Source: Candidatus Caldarchaeum sp. (lineage in GTDB: Archaea; Thermoproteota; Nitrososphaeria_A; Caldarchaeales; Caldarchaeaceae). Taken from it: DNA of 64,000 bases. The notes beneath the pieces are model-generated. The model did no database searches, was not told where the DNA came from, and saw nothing but the letters and a program-made list of their open reading frames with translations. The stretch covers positions 29,842 to 93,841 of the forward strand of contig JAVYLK010000002.1 in NCBI GenBank assembly GCA_038740895.1. The letters run 5' to 3'. Position numbers and translations under genes: made by a program. This document shows, one piece after another, positions 27,781 to 36,030 of this stretch. Numbering within the stretch: the stretch's first letter is position 1; the number at the start of each line of letters is the position of its first letter.

Positions 27781-28536
27781 TTGAAGAATACAAAAGCCGA
27801 AGAAATAATACCCGCACTCCGAGCCATGGTCGCCCTCGAACTCAAGAAGAGCCACGGCATGTCGAACGCCGAAACAGCACGGGCTCTCTCCATAACACCG
27901 CAGGCAGTAACCCAGTACACGAAGGGGGTCAGGGCGTTCGGCAAGCATAGCCTCGCGTCGAACGACCTTGTGAAAAAAGTGGTCAAAGAATATGCGGCGA
28001 AGATCGCTTTGAGGAAGAGGCCTGTTCAGGAGACCGAGCTGCTCGACCTCGCATACGAAGTTCTGATGCTGGCTGAAGCCCCTCGCCGTGAGTCTGAGAA
28101 GCTTGAGGAGCAGGCGAGGAGCCAGGCCTTACGGATACTGCGGAGCAGGCTGGCAGCCGAGCAGGAAGCGGCTGAGCTTTTTCTGTCTGAAGCCATCAAG
28201 TCCAAGGACGACATCGTCAGGCTACTGTTCCGGCAAGTGGCTTCAGACAGCCTCAGACACGCCGACATAATGCAAGCAGCTATCTCAGCTGTCGAGAAAG
28301 GGCTTGGAGAAGGGCCTCTACCGGACCCGGAAAGGCTAAGGCAGCTACAGCAGCATGAGGAGAAAAGCCACATCCACGACCTCGAGGAAGTAAAGAAGAT
28401 GCTTCCCAACAACCTTTTAAAAATCCTCCTAGACTCGGTGGAGGCCGACGAGGCGAAGCATGACATGATACTCGATAAGCTGATCAGCCTTAGGAGTCGG
28501 GAGCAGGCTAGCGGCGCTTCAGAGCCAACGCGGTGA
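27781..28536 (+). CDS. HTH transcription regulator fused to a helical-bundle (ferritin/rubrerythrin-like?) domain
   Basis: N-terminal HTH (MSNAETARALSITPQAVTQYTKG). The C-terminal ~130 aa are predicted helical, with E-rich helices, SLRHAD and EADEAKHD (ExxH) motifs. Confidence 0.6.
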   Translation: MKNTKAEEIIPALRAMVALELKKSHGMSNAETARALSITPQAVTQYTKGVRAFGKHSLASNDLVKKVVKEYAAKIALRKRPVQETELLDLAYEVLMLAEAPRRESEKLEEQARSQALRILRSRLAAEQEAAELFLSEAIKSKDDIVRLLFRQVASDSLRHADIMQAAISAVEKGLGEGPLPDPERLRQLQQHEEKSHIHDLEEVKKMLPNNLLKILLDSVEADEAKHDMILDKLISLRSREQASGASEPTR

Positions 28537-29320
28537 AGAATATCAGCGTGGCCGTCAGGGCGATGGTTCCTCCCGAGCTTACTGCGAAGTAGTACGAGAC
28601 GAAGAGGCCTGCAACCGAAGAGAAGACGCCGACAGCCAGAGATATCGCAATCATCTGCCCAAGGTTCCGTGCGTAGAGCTGTGCCGTCGCCCCCGGGGCG
28701 ACTAGCAGAGATATTACCAAGATAATGCCGACTGTCTGCAAGGCGGCTATGACGGTCAGCGACATCATGATCATCAGAGAGTACTGTATGAGGGCTGACG
28801 GGAGGCCGACGACGTGTGTGAACATCGGGTCGAAGGTGAAGGAGACAATCTCCTTCATGAAGAGAGAGACTAGGAGGATTACGAGGAACCCGATCGCCGT
28901 GGTTATCACCAAGTCTTCGGCTGAAACGCCTAAAACATTCCCGAAGAGGATGTGGAAGACGTCGACGGTTGGCCTGAGACGGCTGATGATTACAAGACCT
29001 AGTGCGAAGGCCCCGGTCAGCACGATGCCGATCGCAGTGTCGTTCCTCACCCTCGTCCTGGATTCAACAAACCCAATCAAGACAGAGGCAACTACTCCAG
29101 CCACCGCACCTCCTACAGTTAGTGGGAGGTTGAACGCAGCTGACAGAGCTAGGCCGGGCAGGACTGAGTGGGAGATGGCGTCGCCCAAGAGGCTCCAGCC
29201 CCTCAGCACGACGAACACGCTGAGCGTGGAAGCTGTGAGTCCTACGACAACAGCCGTGATGAGGGCTAAACGCATGAATCCGTAGGACAGAGGTTCGAGC
29301 AGGGTCTCAATCAACGCCAT
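28508..29320 (-). CDS. Metal (Zn/Mn/Fe) ABC transporter permease, ABC-3 family
   Basis: FMRLALITAVVVG...LLGDAISHSVLPG motif typical of ZnuB/MntB/TroC. 270 aa, ~8 TM. Confidence 0.88.
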   Translation of the reverse strand: MALIETLLEPLSYGFMRLALITAVVVGLTASTLSVFVVLRGWSLLGDAISHSVLPGLALSAAFNLPLTVGGAVAGVVASVLIGFVESRTRVRNDTAIGIVLTGAFALGLVIISRLRPTVDVFHILFGNVLGVSAEDLVITTAIGFLVILLVSLFMKEIVSFTFDPMFTHVVGLPSALIQYSLMIMMSLTVIAALQTVGIILVISLLVAPGATAQLYARNLGQMIAISLAVGVFSSVAGLFVSYYFAVSSGGTIALTATLIFFTALALKRR

Positions 29321-30072
29321 CCAGCAACCCTGTTTACGTCGGAAAGGTGCATCGCAACCCTCTCACTCCCGTAGGCTTTGGCGAGGTTCTCAGCCTTCAA
29401 GGCCTCCTCCGGCCTGCCGAACGCCACCAGACAGTTCCTCAAAACCATCACGTTGTCGAACATCTCAAGAGTTGAGCTGAGGTCGTGTGTTGTCATGACT
29501 ATCGTCTTCCCCTCCTCCCGCAGGCTCGACAATATCTCCAGGAGCCTATCCTCGGCTTCGGCGTCTATTCCTGTTAAGGGCTCGTCCATCAGGTAAAGGT
29601 CGGCTTCCTGGGCTATCGCACGGGCTAGAAAAATTCTCTGCTGCTGCCCGCCCGACAGCTCGGATATCTTCCTCGACTTTAAGCTCGACAGCCCGGCTTT
29701 CTCCAAGGCCTGTATAACCACTTCATCTTTCTTGCTCACAGGCTTCAGAGGGCCCACGGCCCTAATCCTGCCCAACGCCACAACGTCCCAGACGGTCAGC
29801 GGATAACCCCAGTAAACCTCCTCCTTCTGCGGCACGTAGGCAATCCTTCCCCTAGCTTTGTCGATAGATGTTCCAAGCACCGTTATCGTCCCCTCCATAG
29901 GCTTGATGAGGCCGACAAGGGTTTTGAGCAGCGTGCTCTTGCCTGAGCCGTTGGGGCCGATCACAGCCGTCAAGCTTCCCGTAGAGATTCTGAAGGAAAC
30001 GTCTTCCAAGGCTTTCAGCCTTCCATAATGAACAGTCAACCCAACAACGTTGAGGGCGTCCATCAACACCAC
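29311..30072 (-). CDS. Metal ABC transporter ATP-binding protein
   Basis: GPNGSGKST, LSGGQQQRIFLARA, LYLMDEP. Confidence 0.9.
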   Translation of the reverse strand: MVLMDALNVVGLTVHYGRLKALEDVSFRISTGSLTAVIGPNGSGKSTLLKTLVGLIKPMEGTITVLGTSIDKARGRIAYVPQKEEVYWGYPLTVWDVVALGRIRAVGPLKPVSKKDEVVIQALEKAGLSSLKSRKISELSGGQQQRIFLARAIAQEADLYLMDEPLTGIDAEAEDRLLEILSSLREEGKTIVMTTHDLSSTLEMFDNVMVLRNCLVAFGRPEEALKAENLAKAYGSERVAMHLSDVNRVAGWR

Positions 30073-30995
30073 CTCAACAACTCCTCAACAATTCTCTCGA
30101 CGTTGTGTCTCATCATTCCTATGTAGCTGTCGGCCCCGCTTCCAAAAGGCCCCAAGCTGTCAGCGTAGAGCGAGGACCCGATCCTACCCCCCGCCTCCCT
30201 AATCAAGGTCTCCATAGCTCTCCTGCTCAGCGTAGTCTCCACAAAATAAACACACACGCCCAACTCCTTTATCCTGCTTACTGCGTAGACCAAGTCCTGG
30301 GCCGTCGGCTCGATCTCCGTGGCTATGGAGTAGAAGTAGGCACCCACCTTGAAGCCGTAGGCCCGGGCGAAGTACTGGAAGGCATTCTCCTGCGTGACCA
30401 AGACCCTTCTCTCAACCGGTATCTTCGACGTTTCAGACCTTATCCATTCGTCCAGCATCTTGAGGCGTTGGATGTACTCGTCGGCGTTGGCTGCATAATG
30501 AGCCGCGTTCTCCGGGTCTAGCTCCGAAAGGACACCCCTTATCCGCTCGACGTACTTGACAACCAGCTTCACGTCCATCCAGAGATGAGGGTCTTCACGG
30601 CCGGCGTAGGGCCCGTCAGGCACGGTCAAAAGGTATGGCTCAAGCCCTTCCGTCGCACGAACCATCTTGCTGGACATTCTGCCCGAAAGCAGCTTCACAA
30701 CCCAAGCGTCCAAGTTCAACCCGTTGTAGAGAATGAGTGTAGCCTTCTGAGCCTTAACCATGTCCTGAGGAGTCGGCTCATAGCTGTGCGGGTTCTGACC
30801 GGGCTCCACCAGGTACTCAACCGTCCAGAGGTCCCCAGCAACGTTCCTAGCCAAGTCCCACAGAACCGTCGTGGTTGCCAGCAGCATCCTACTGGAAGGC
30901 CTCTCCCCCTCACCGGCCAGCAGAGGGGCGACCAAGCTCAAGCCCAGCATCAGAACCGAGAGGGCTAGCAGGGCTGGTGAAAGCCTCTCGTACAT
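30063..30995 (-). CDS. Metal ABC transporter substrate-binding protein (ZnuA/TroA family)
   Basis: Signal peptide, NPHSYEPTPQD and DPHLWMD metal-ligand motifs. Confidence 0.85.
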   Translation of the reverse strand: MYERLSPALLALSVLMLGLSLVAPLLAGEGERPSSRMLLATTTVLWDLARNVAGDLWTVEYLVEPGQNPHSYEPTPQDMVKAQKATLILYNGLNLDAWVVKLLSGRMSSKMVRATEGLEPYLLTVPDGPYAGREDPHLWMDVKLVVKYVERIRGVLSELDPENAAHYAANADEYIQRLKMLDEWIRSETSKIPVERRVLVTQENAFQYFARAYGFKVGAYFYSIATEIEPTAQDLVYAVSRIKELGVCVYFVETTLSRRAMETLIREAGGRIGSSLYADSLGPFGSGADSYIGMMRHNVERIVEELLRWC

Positions 30996-31130
30996 ATTCC
31001 CGGCACTAGGCCAGCCGGATATAATTTATCCTTATCTAAACCCTGAGAAGAGCGGCTCAGCCACGCCTCTTATATAGATGGCGGGGAAGTCCTTATTAGC
31101 TCCGTCGAGAAAAAAGTACCGAAGCAGGAT

Positions 31131-32282
31131 TTGAGCACGATAACGAAATACGTCATCGAGGGGAGGATAGAGGTGGACGGGCCGGTTGACAAGAACGACG
31201 TCGTTGGCGCGGTTTTCGGCCAGACTGAGGGGATTTTTAGCTCCGACCTAGACCTCCGGGAGCTGCAGAAGACTGGACGCATCGGCAGGATAGAGATAAC
31301 GGTGAATACACAGGGGAACAAGGCTTTCGGCAAGATTACAGTTCCAACGAGCCTCGACAGGTATACGACCGCCTTGATCGCAGCCATGATCGAGTCGATA
31401 GACAGGGTGGGGCCTTATCAAGCCAGGGTCGTCATAGACAAAATAGAGGACACCCGGTTGGAGAAGAGGAAGAGGATTGTCGACAGGGCTAAGGAGATTC
31501 TTGCGACCTGGGAGAAACAGAAGCTTCCGGACGATGACTTGGTTTTGAGGGATTTGGAGGACGCCGTCGTCAGGACGAAGGTCTCCGAGTACGGGCCTGA
31601 GAAACTTCCCGCAGGGCCTGACGTTGACTCTAGCGACGAGATAATCATAGTTGAGGGGAGGGCTGATGTCATCAACTTGCTGAGGTTCGGCTACAAAAAC
31701 ACGATAGCTGTCGAGGGGGTCAAGATACCTAAGACTGTCGCAAGCCTCACACGGCGTAAGAAGAGGGTCGTCGCCTTCCTCGACGGCGACAGGGGTGGAG
31801 ACCTAATACTGCAGGAGCTACTCAACAACTGCAGGGTAGACGCTGTCGCTAGAGCGCCCTACGGCAAGGAGGTTGAGCAGCTTACCGCTCGAGAGATCCA
31901 CGAGGCTTTGGAGCATGCTGTGCATCCCGAGGATGCTTTGAAGGCGAAGGAGTTTGCTGCGGCGGCTGCTGAGAAGAAGGCGGTTCCTCCCGACTTGAAG
32001 AACTTCGTCAAGGAGGTTGACGGCACGCTGTCAGCCGTTCTTCTCAACTCCGAGTTCCAGGAGATTTCACGTATCCCTGTAAGCGAGCTGGTGAGCCGTC
32101 TGGGCGAGGAAAAATCAGCGAAGTACGTTGTCTTCGACGGCGTCGTGACTCAACGGCTAGTTGACACGGCTGCGTCCCTTGGTACGGAGGTCTACCTGAT
32201 CGGGGCTAGGGTTGGAGAAGTCCAGAACAAGCCTCCCAACGTGCACGTCTACACGACTCACGACCTAGCCGGCTTCTCTTAA
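31131..32282 (+). CDS. dnaG: Archaeal DnaG primase-like protein (Toprim)
   Basis: KYVIEGRIEVDGPVDKNDVVGAVFGQTEG...LQKTGRIGRIEI N-terminus, Toprim IIIVEGRADV...FLDGDRGGD. Confidence 0.9.
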   Translation: MSTITKYVIEGRIEVDGPVDKNDVVGAVFGQTEGIFSSDLDLRELQKTGRIGRIEITVNTQGNKAFGKITVPTSLDRYTTALIAAMIESIDRVGPYQARVVIDKIEDTRLEKRKRIVDRAKEILATWEKQKLPDDDLVLRDLEDAVVRTKVSEYGPEKLPAGPDVDSSDEIIIVEGRADVINLLRFGYKNTIAVEGVKIPKTVASLTRRKKRVVAFLDGDRGGDLILQELLNNCRVDAVARAPYGKEVEQLTAREIHEALEHAVHPEDALKAKEFAAAAAEKKAVPPDLKNFVKEVDGTLSAVLLNSEFQEISRIPVSELVSRLGEEKSAKYVVFDGVVTQRLVDTAASLGTEVYLIGARVGEVQNKPPNVHVYTTHDLAGFS

Positions 32283-33368
32283 AAGCGAGGGCTCTATACT
32301 GTACCTCAGAAGACAGGCGACGCCTCCCAAGCTCATCAGCTTGTCCAAGCTCTCCCCTTGTGAGGAGATAACTCTGACGTCGACTCCGTAGGACTCGGAC
32401 TGGTCAAGCATCTGTGAAACCCTGTCGTCCGTCATCATCGTCCAGAGGTAGTCCTCGGCTATCAGGAGTTTTTTGACAGCCTTCATGCCGAATGCTTTGA
32501 AGCATTCATCAAGCCCTAGAGCGGTCCTCGAAGGATCTTTCGCAAGCATCTCCATAAGCGTCTCAACCTCCTCGGCGTCCGCCACGTCTTTAACAACCTC
32601 CCTCAGCTCGTGAAGACCTTTGTTCCGGAGAACCTCCGAAACACCTCCGAGGTCTGTGCTGGAGGCGTATCCCGTCTTCCTTACTCTGCCGGCCAACTGC
32701 TTGTCCAACCTCCTGACGTTGTTCATGAACTCGTCAACCATCACGGAAGGGCCGAAGACGTAAATTTCGTCAGCTTTCCCAGCTTCTTCAACGGCTTCGC
32801 TGTATATTTTATGTATCATCCTACTTCTCTCCTCCGGCTCCATCTTCCTGCTGGAAACAGATTTCCGGTACAAGGGCTTGAGTCCTTTGTCCGACGCTGT
32901 GTAGACGGCTACTCCTTCGTCGTCGACAAGCACGACGGCCGTTTTCTTGCTCATGGACGGGGCTCGGTAGTGTTTCGCCATCGCTTCGAGCCGCGGGTAG
33001 TTGTTCCTGCTCTCGATGGTTATTTCGTCGCCCACGCCTAGGTGGATGCTGTGATGCTTGCCCTCCAGCCCGAGGTCTCTGCTGACATACCTGATGACGC
33101 CGTGGAAGTCAACCCGCTTCATCATCGGGTCCAGCCTCTTCCCCGAAACCTCCACGCCCAGCTCCACCGCCACACGCTCGCTGTCAACGCTCCCGTCCCG
33201 CCTCTCCCGCTTCAGCTCACGACTCGCAACGCTGTAAACCACGTCCCCAATATCAACCACACGATACAGGTTCAACAGATCCAGAGTCGTCTCAGGCACA
33301 ACCGACACAAGCCTCTTCAACGGGCTAACCTTGAGAACCCGCAACCCAACACCACACAACCCCGACAC
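32265..33368 (-). CDS. pelA: Pelota (Dom34) mRNA-surveillance factor
   Basis: PETTLDLLNLYRVVDIGDVV N-domain, eRF1-like central and C-terminal domains. The real start is probably TTG 33344 (MRVLKV...), not the longest-ORF GTG 33368. Confidence 0.85.
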   Translation of the reverse strand: MSGLCGVGLRVLKVSPLKRLVSVVPETTLDLLNLYRVVDIGDVVYSVASRELKRERRDGSVDSERVAVELGVEVSGKRLDPMMKRVDFHGVIRYVSRDLGLEGKHHSIHLGVGDEITIESRNNYPRLEAMAKHYRAPSMSKKTAVVLVDDEGVAVYTASDKGLKPLYRKSVSSRKMEPEERSRMIHKIYSEAVEEAGKADEIYVFGPSVMVDEFMNNVRRLDKQLAGRVRKTGYASSTDLGGVSEVLRNKGLHELREVVKDVADAEEVETLMEMLAKDPSRTALGLDECFKAFGMKAVKKLLIAEDYLWTMMTDDRVSQMLDQSESYGVDVRVISSQGESLDKLMSLGGVACLLRYSIEPSLLREAG

Positions 33369-33595
33369 AATTTAACCCATGCCAACAACCCGGTGGTTCT
33401 CAGCCACGCGGACCTAAGGTGCTCCATGACAAGGCTCGACTACCACGGCGCCGTTTGGCTGTGATTTATAAATTTGAGGGGTAAGCTAACCGGAGGGCAC
33501 GGCTGGATGCTTGTTTGAACCCTACAAGCGCTGGGTGTAGTTCTGTGACAGCCCAGCCTGATAAACGCCCTGAATGCAGAAACCACTATACTTAC

Positions 33596-33671
33596 TGCCG
33601 GGGGTGGGATTCGAACCCACGACAACGGGATTATGAGCCCCGCACTCTGAGCCAGGCTGAGTTACCCCGGC
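33596..33671 (-). tRNA. tRNA with CAT anticodon (elongator Met or Ile2; not initiator, since 1:72 is G:C)
   Basis: Reverse complement GCCGGGG-TA-ACTC-AGCCTGGCTC-AGAGT...GGGGCTCATAATCCC...GTGGGTTCGAATCCCAC-CCCCGGC-A folds as a cloverleaf. 76 nt, no encoded CCA. Confidence 0.9.
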
Positions 33672-33694
33672 TTTCATCGGCTGAGAGTATGGTG

Positions 33695-33706
33695 TTTTAA
33701 CTTAAA
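33695..33706 (-). promoter_or_regulatory. TATA-like box for tRNA-CAT
   Basis: The minus strand reads TTTAAGTTAAAA, 24-35 nt upstream of the tRNA 5' end. Confidence 0.5.
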
Positions 33707-33727
33707 TGCTTTGTTTTCTTCGGCTGT

Positions 33728-34498
33728 GTGGTGGTTGGCTGGATGCGGGGCTTGGTTGTAAGGCTTTACCGGTTTCCCGTCAAGTCGCTGCAGGGCGAGG
33801 AGATGGCGGCTGTATACGTCTCTGCCCACGGCTTTGATGGAGACAGGCTGTACGCTGTGGTCGAACCTGAGACGGGTTTCGCTGTTTCGGCGAAGAAGGA
33901 GCCGAGGCTTCTGGACGTCTACGCAAGCCTTGAGGGAGAAAATCTTGTTATAAAGTTTCCAGACGGCCGTACATGCAGAGGCGATGACTGCGGTGAAGCG
34001 TTGTCTAAGTATCTAGGGCGGAGGGTTGAGGTAGTGCGCAGCAGGGGCACATCCCTAACCTACGTGGGTATGGGCGTGGAATTCGGCGACGTGGTTCGGC
34101 TTTACGAAAAAACAGGGCAAACGGCTGAGGCGAGGTTCCACGACTCGATGCCGCTGCATCTCGTCAAACTCGAAAGCCTGCAAAAAATCGGCCTCGACGA
34201 GAAAGACATACCACGGTTCAGGCCCAACATCGTGTACTCCTCAGACGCCGATGAGCAGGAGCTGGTCGGCGGCTACATCCAAGCTGGAGACGTACTGCTC
34301 AGAATAGTCAAGCCGACAAAACGCTGCATAGTCATAACGCACGCCCAGCCCGGCCTGCAAGCCAGCATCGAGCTCCTGAAGAGCCTCCGGACAAACCATC
34401 AAGGCGTCTTCGGGCTGTACGCCGAGGTAGTCAACCCGGGAACAATAGCGAAAAACACGCCATTAAAGTTTTATCCTGCCGCAGGCATTCAGGAATGA
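33728..34498 (+). CDS. MOSC domain protein (N-terminal beta-barrel + MOSC)
   Basis: LYRFPVKSLQGEE, FDGDRLYAVV, RFRPNIV, TKRCIVITHAQ (conserved Cys). ATG alternative at 33743. Confidence 0.85.
   Translation: MVVGWMRGLVVRLYRFPVKSLQGEEMAAVYVSAHGFDGDRLYAVVEPETGFAVSAKKEPRLLDVYASLEGENLVIKFPDGRTCRGDDCGEALSKYLGRRVEVVRSRGTSLTYVGMGVEFGDVVRLYEKTGQTAEARFHDSMPLHLVKLESLQKIGLDEKDIPRFRPNIVYSSDADEQELVGGYIQAGDVLLRIVKPTKRCIVITHAQPGLQASIELLKSLRTNHQGVFGLYAEVVNPGTIAKNTPLKFYPAAGIQE
34463..34473 (+). promoter_or_regulatory. TATA-like box for tRNA-Gly, embedded in the 3' end of the MOSC CDS
   Basis: TTAAAGTTTTA lies 27-37 nt upstream of the tRNA 5' end (34500). Confidence 0.45.
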
Positions 34499-34499
34499 A

Positions 34500-34600
34500 G
34501 CGGCGGTAGTCCAGCATGGTAGGACATGTTGCAGAGGTCTGCGACGCCTAAGGTCGGCCTTCCACGCCGAAGGTCGCGGGTTCAAGTCCCGCCCGCCGCA
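34500..34600 (+). tRNA. tRNA-Gly(TCC) with a 27-nt intron at position 25/26
   Basis: GCGGCGG-TA-GTCC-AGCATGGTA-GGAC-[27 nt]-G-TCGGC-CTTCCAC-GCCGA-AGGTC-GCGGG-TTCAAGT-CCCGC-CCGCCGC-A. A BHB is readable around the junctions (see finding). Confidence 0.85.
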
Positions 34601-34925
34601 TGGCTAGCTAAAGCATCATCTCAGTTGTTGGCCGTGGAGCAATCACCTTTATGACGGAGTCCCAGCCGGCTCGGGCGTCGGCCTGTTATACGGCGTAAGC
34701 CGTTAGGCTCCCGGGGAGACGTGGGCTGGCTGTCGGGCTTCCTGTTCTCGGCTGCGGGCTGCCTCATCCTCACGGCTCCAATCGCCGTACAACAACACGG
34801 AGCCTCCTACTTCAGGCCGGATCTCTGTTCTCATACGATTCCGTTCACCGGCTTAGTACAGGAGAAGTGGACTCCGGCTGGCCGGCGTTATGGTTTAAAG
34901 TCCGTCTTGGACGACTACTCGAGGG
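34601..34925 (+). ncRNA. Candidate structured non-coding RNA, class unresolved
   Basis: 325 nt with no credible ORF on either strand. Many GC-rich hairpins, including ACGGC-GTAA-GCCGT (34690-34703), and long-range complementarity. Strand and ends are not established. Confidence 0.3.
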
Positions 34926-35816
34926 TTGTCGGGGCTGGAGTGTTTGTTCAGGGCAGGTGAGGTGGCTAGGGCTGTGAAGGCCTCCCTGCCAGGTTTGGTA
35001 AACCCGGGCATGAGCTTAGTCGACCTTGCGGAGAAGGTGGAGGGCCTCATCAGGGAGCTGGGCTGCAGGCCTGCCTTCCCATGCAACATCTCCATAGACA
35101 GCGTCGCCGCCCACTACTCCCCCCCACCGGGAGACATCTCAACACTTCCCCGAAACTCAGTGGTCAAGCTAGACTTCGGCGTCGTGGTTGACGGTTACAT
35201 AGCGGACACGGCTTTGACGATAACCGACACGTCTTGGGGGGAGGTGTTGAAGCAAGCCGTAGAGGAGTCGTTGAAGGCAGCTCTGAAAGTCGTCGAGGCC
35301 GGCGTGAGGGTTTCGGAGGTGGGAGCAGCCGTTTACAGCACCATGATGAAATACGGCGTCAAGCCCATCAGAAACCTTACAGGACACGAAATACAACGCT
35401 ACAACCTTCACGCTGGAGTCTCAATACCCAACATCCCCGTGGGCGACGGAGTTAAGCTTCAAGAAGGACACGTCTACGCCATAGAGCCTTTCGCAACCCT
35501 GCCAGACGGGTCGGGCGAGGTCAGGGACAAACAACCCGCAACGATCTACAGGCTAGAACCCATCAGGCCGAGGCAGAAGCTTGCTGAAGCAGAACAGGCG
35601 CTGGTTAAAACCCTCGAGAAAAGGTTTGAAGGACTTCCCTACAGCCTCAGATGGCTGAGGGACATGGATCAGGAAGCCCTCGGCCTCCATCAGAAGCTCA
35701 TCAAGCAAGGCCGGGTGAAAGCCTACCCCATGCTCGTCGAAAAGACTGGAAAGCCGGTGGCTCAAGCAGAACACACAGTCTTGGTGGAGAAGGGAGGATG
35801 CGTCGTAATCACCTAG
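34926..35816 (+). CDS. map: Methionine aminopeptidase, type 2 (archaeal)
   Basis: AGEVARAVK...PGMSLVDLAEKVE...RPAFPCNISIDSVAAHYSP, DFGVVVDGYIAD, GHEI, AIEPF, AQAEHTVLV. Confidence 0.93.
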   Translation: MSGLECLFRAGEVARAVKASLPGLVNPGMSLVDLAEKVEGLIRELGCRPAFPCNISIDSVAAHYSPPPGDISTLPRNSVVKLDFGVVVDGYIADTALTITDTSWGEVLKQAVEESLKAALKVVEAGVRVSEVGAAVYSTMMKYGVKPIRNLTGHEIQRYNLHAGVSIPNIPVGDGVKLQEGHVYAIEPFATLPDGSGEVRDKQPATIYRLEPIRPRQKLAEAEQALVKTLEKRFEGLPYSLRWLRDMDQEALGLHQKLIKQGRVKAYPMLVEKTGKPVAQAEHTVLVEKGGCVVIT

Positions 35817-36030
35817 CCTCCTTCTTGTCGGGCACATAGATGTTCACAATCCTGCTGACTGACCCGCCGCATTTAGGGCACTTCTCCGAGTTAACCACCT
35901 TGAAGACATAATCCTCATCCCTGAAAGGCCTCGAGTTTTCTATGCCGCACGTCGAGCACTTGAGGAAGGTAAGGGGCTGGGGGTATTTCTCACGCTGCCT
36001 CGGGCCGAGAACCAGCGCTGGCTCAGACAT
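35809..36030 (-). CDS. Small Zn-ribbon protein
   Basis: 73 aa, CSTCG...CPKCGG. The start directly abuts the stop of the upstream gene. Confidence 0.55.
   Translation of the reverse strand: MSEPALVLGPRQREKYPQPLTFLKCSTCGIENSRPFRDEDYVFKVVNSEKCPKCGGSVSRIVNIYVPDKKEAR

Noticed and set aside
33480-33595. C/D-box sRNA in the tRNA-CAT/pelota spacer (CTGTGACA...CCTGATAA...CCCTGAATG)
   Set aside because: The box-like strings deviate from RUGAUGA/CUGA, and the spacing (7-8 nt instead of ~12 nt guides) does not fit.
34723-34735. 13-mer GGGCTGGCTGTCG shared with 39654-39666, suggesting paralogous RNAs or a repeat
   Set aside because: In 64 kb, tens of exact 13-mer coincidences are expected by chance. 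Similarity decays immediately outside the match.
34601-34925. SRP (7S) RNA assignment for this spacer
   Set aside because: GGAGTCCCAGCCGGCTCGGGCG resembles the 7SL Alu-domain stretch GUAGUCCCAGCUACUCGGGAGG. However, I find no helix-8 signature (AGG-NNN-GNAR-NNN-AGCA) on either strand, and the GTAA hairpin is too close to the 5' side for helix 6/8.
34721-34960. 79-aa + strand ORF between tRNA-Gly and map
   Set aside because: It has a GTG start inside a hairpin-rich region, runs out of frame into the well-supported map N-terminus, and resembles no family. It is likely a chance ORF in GC-rich sequence.
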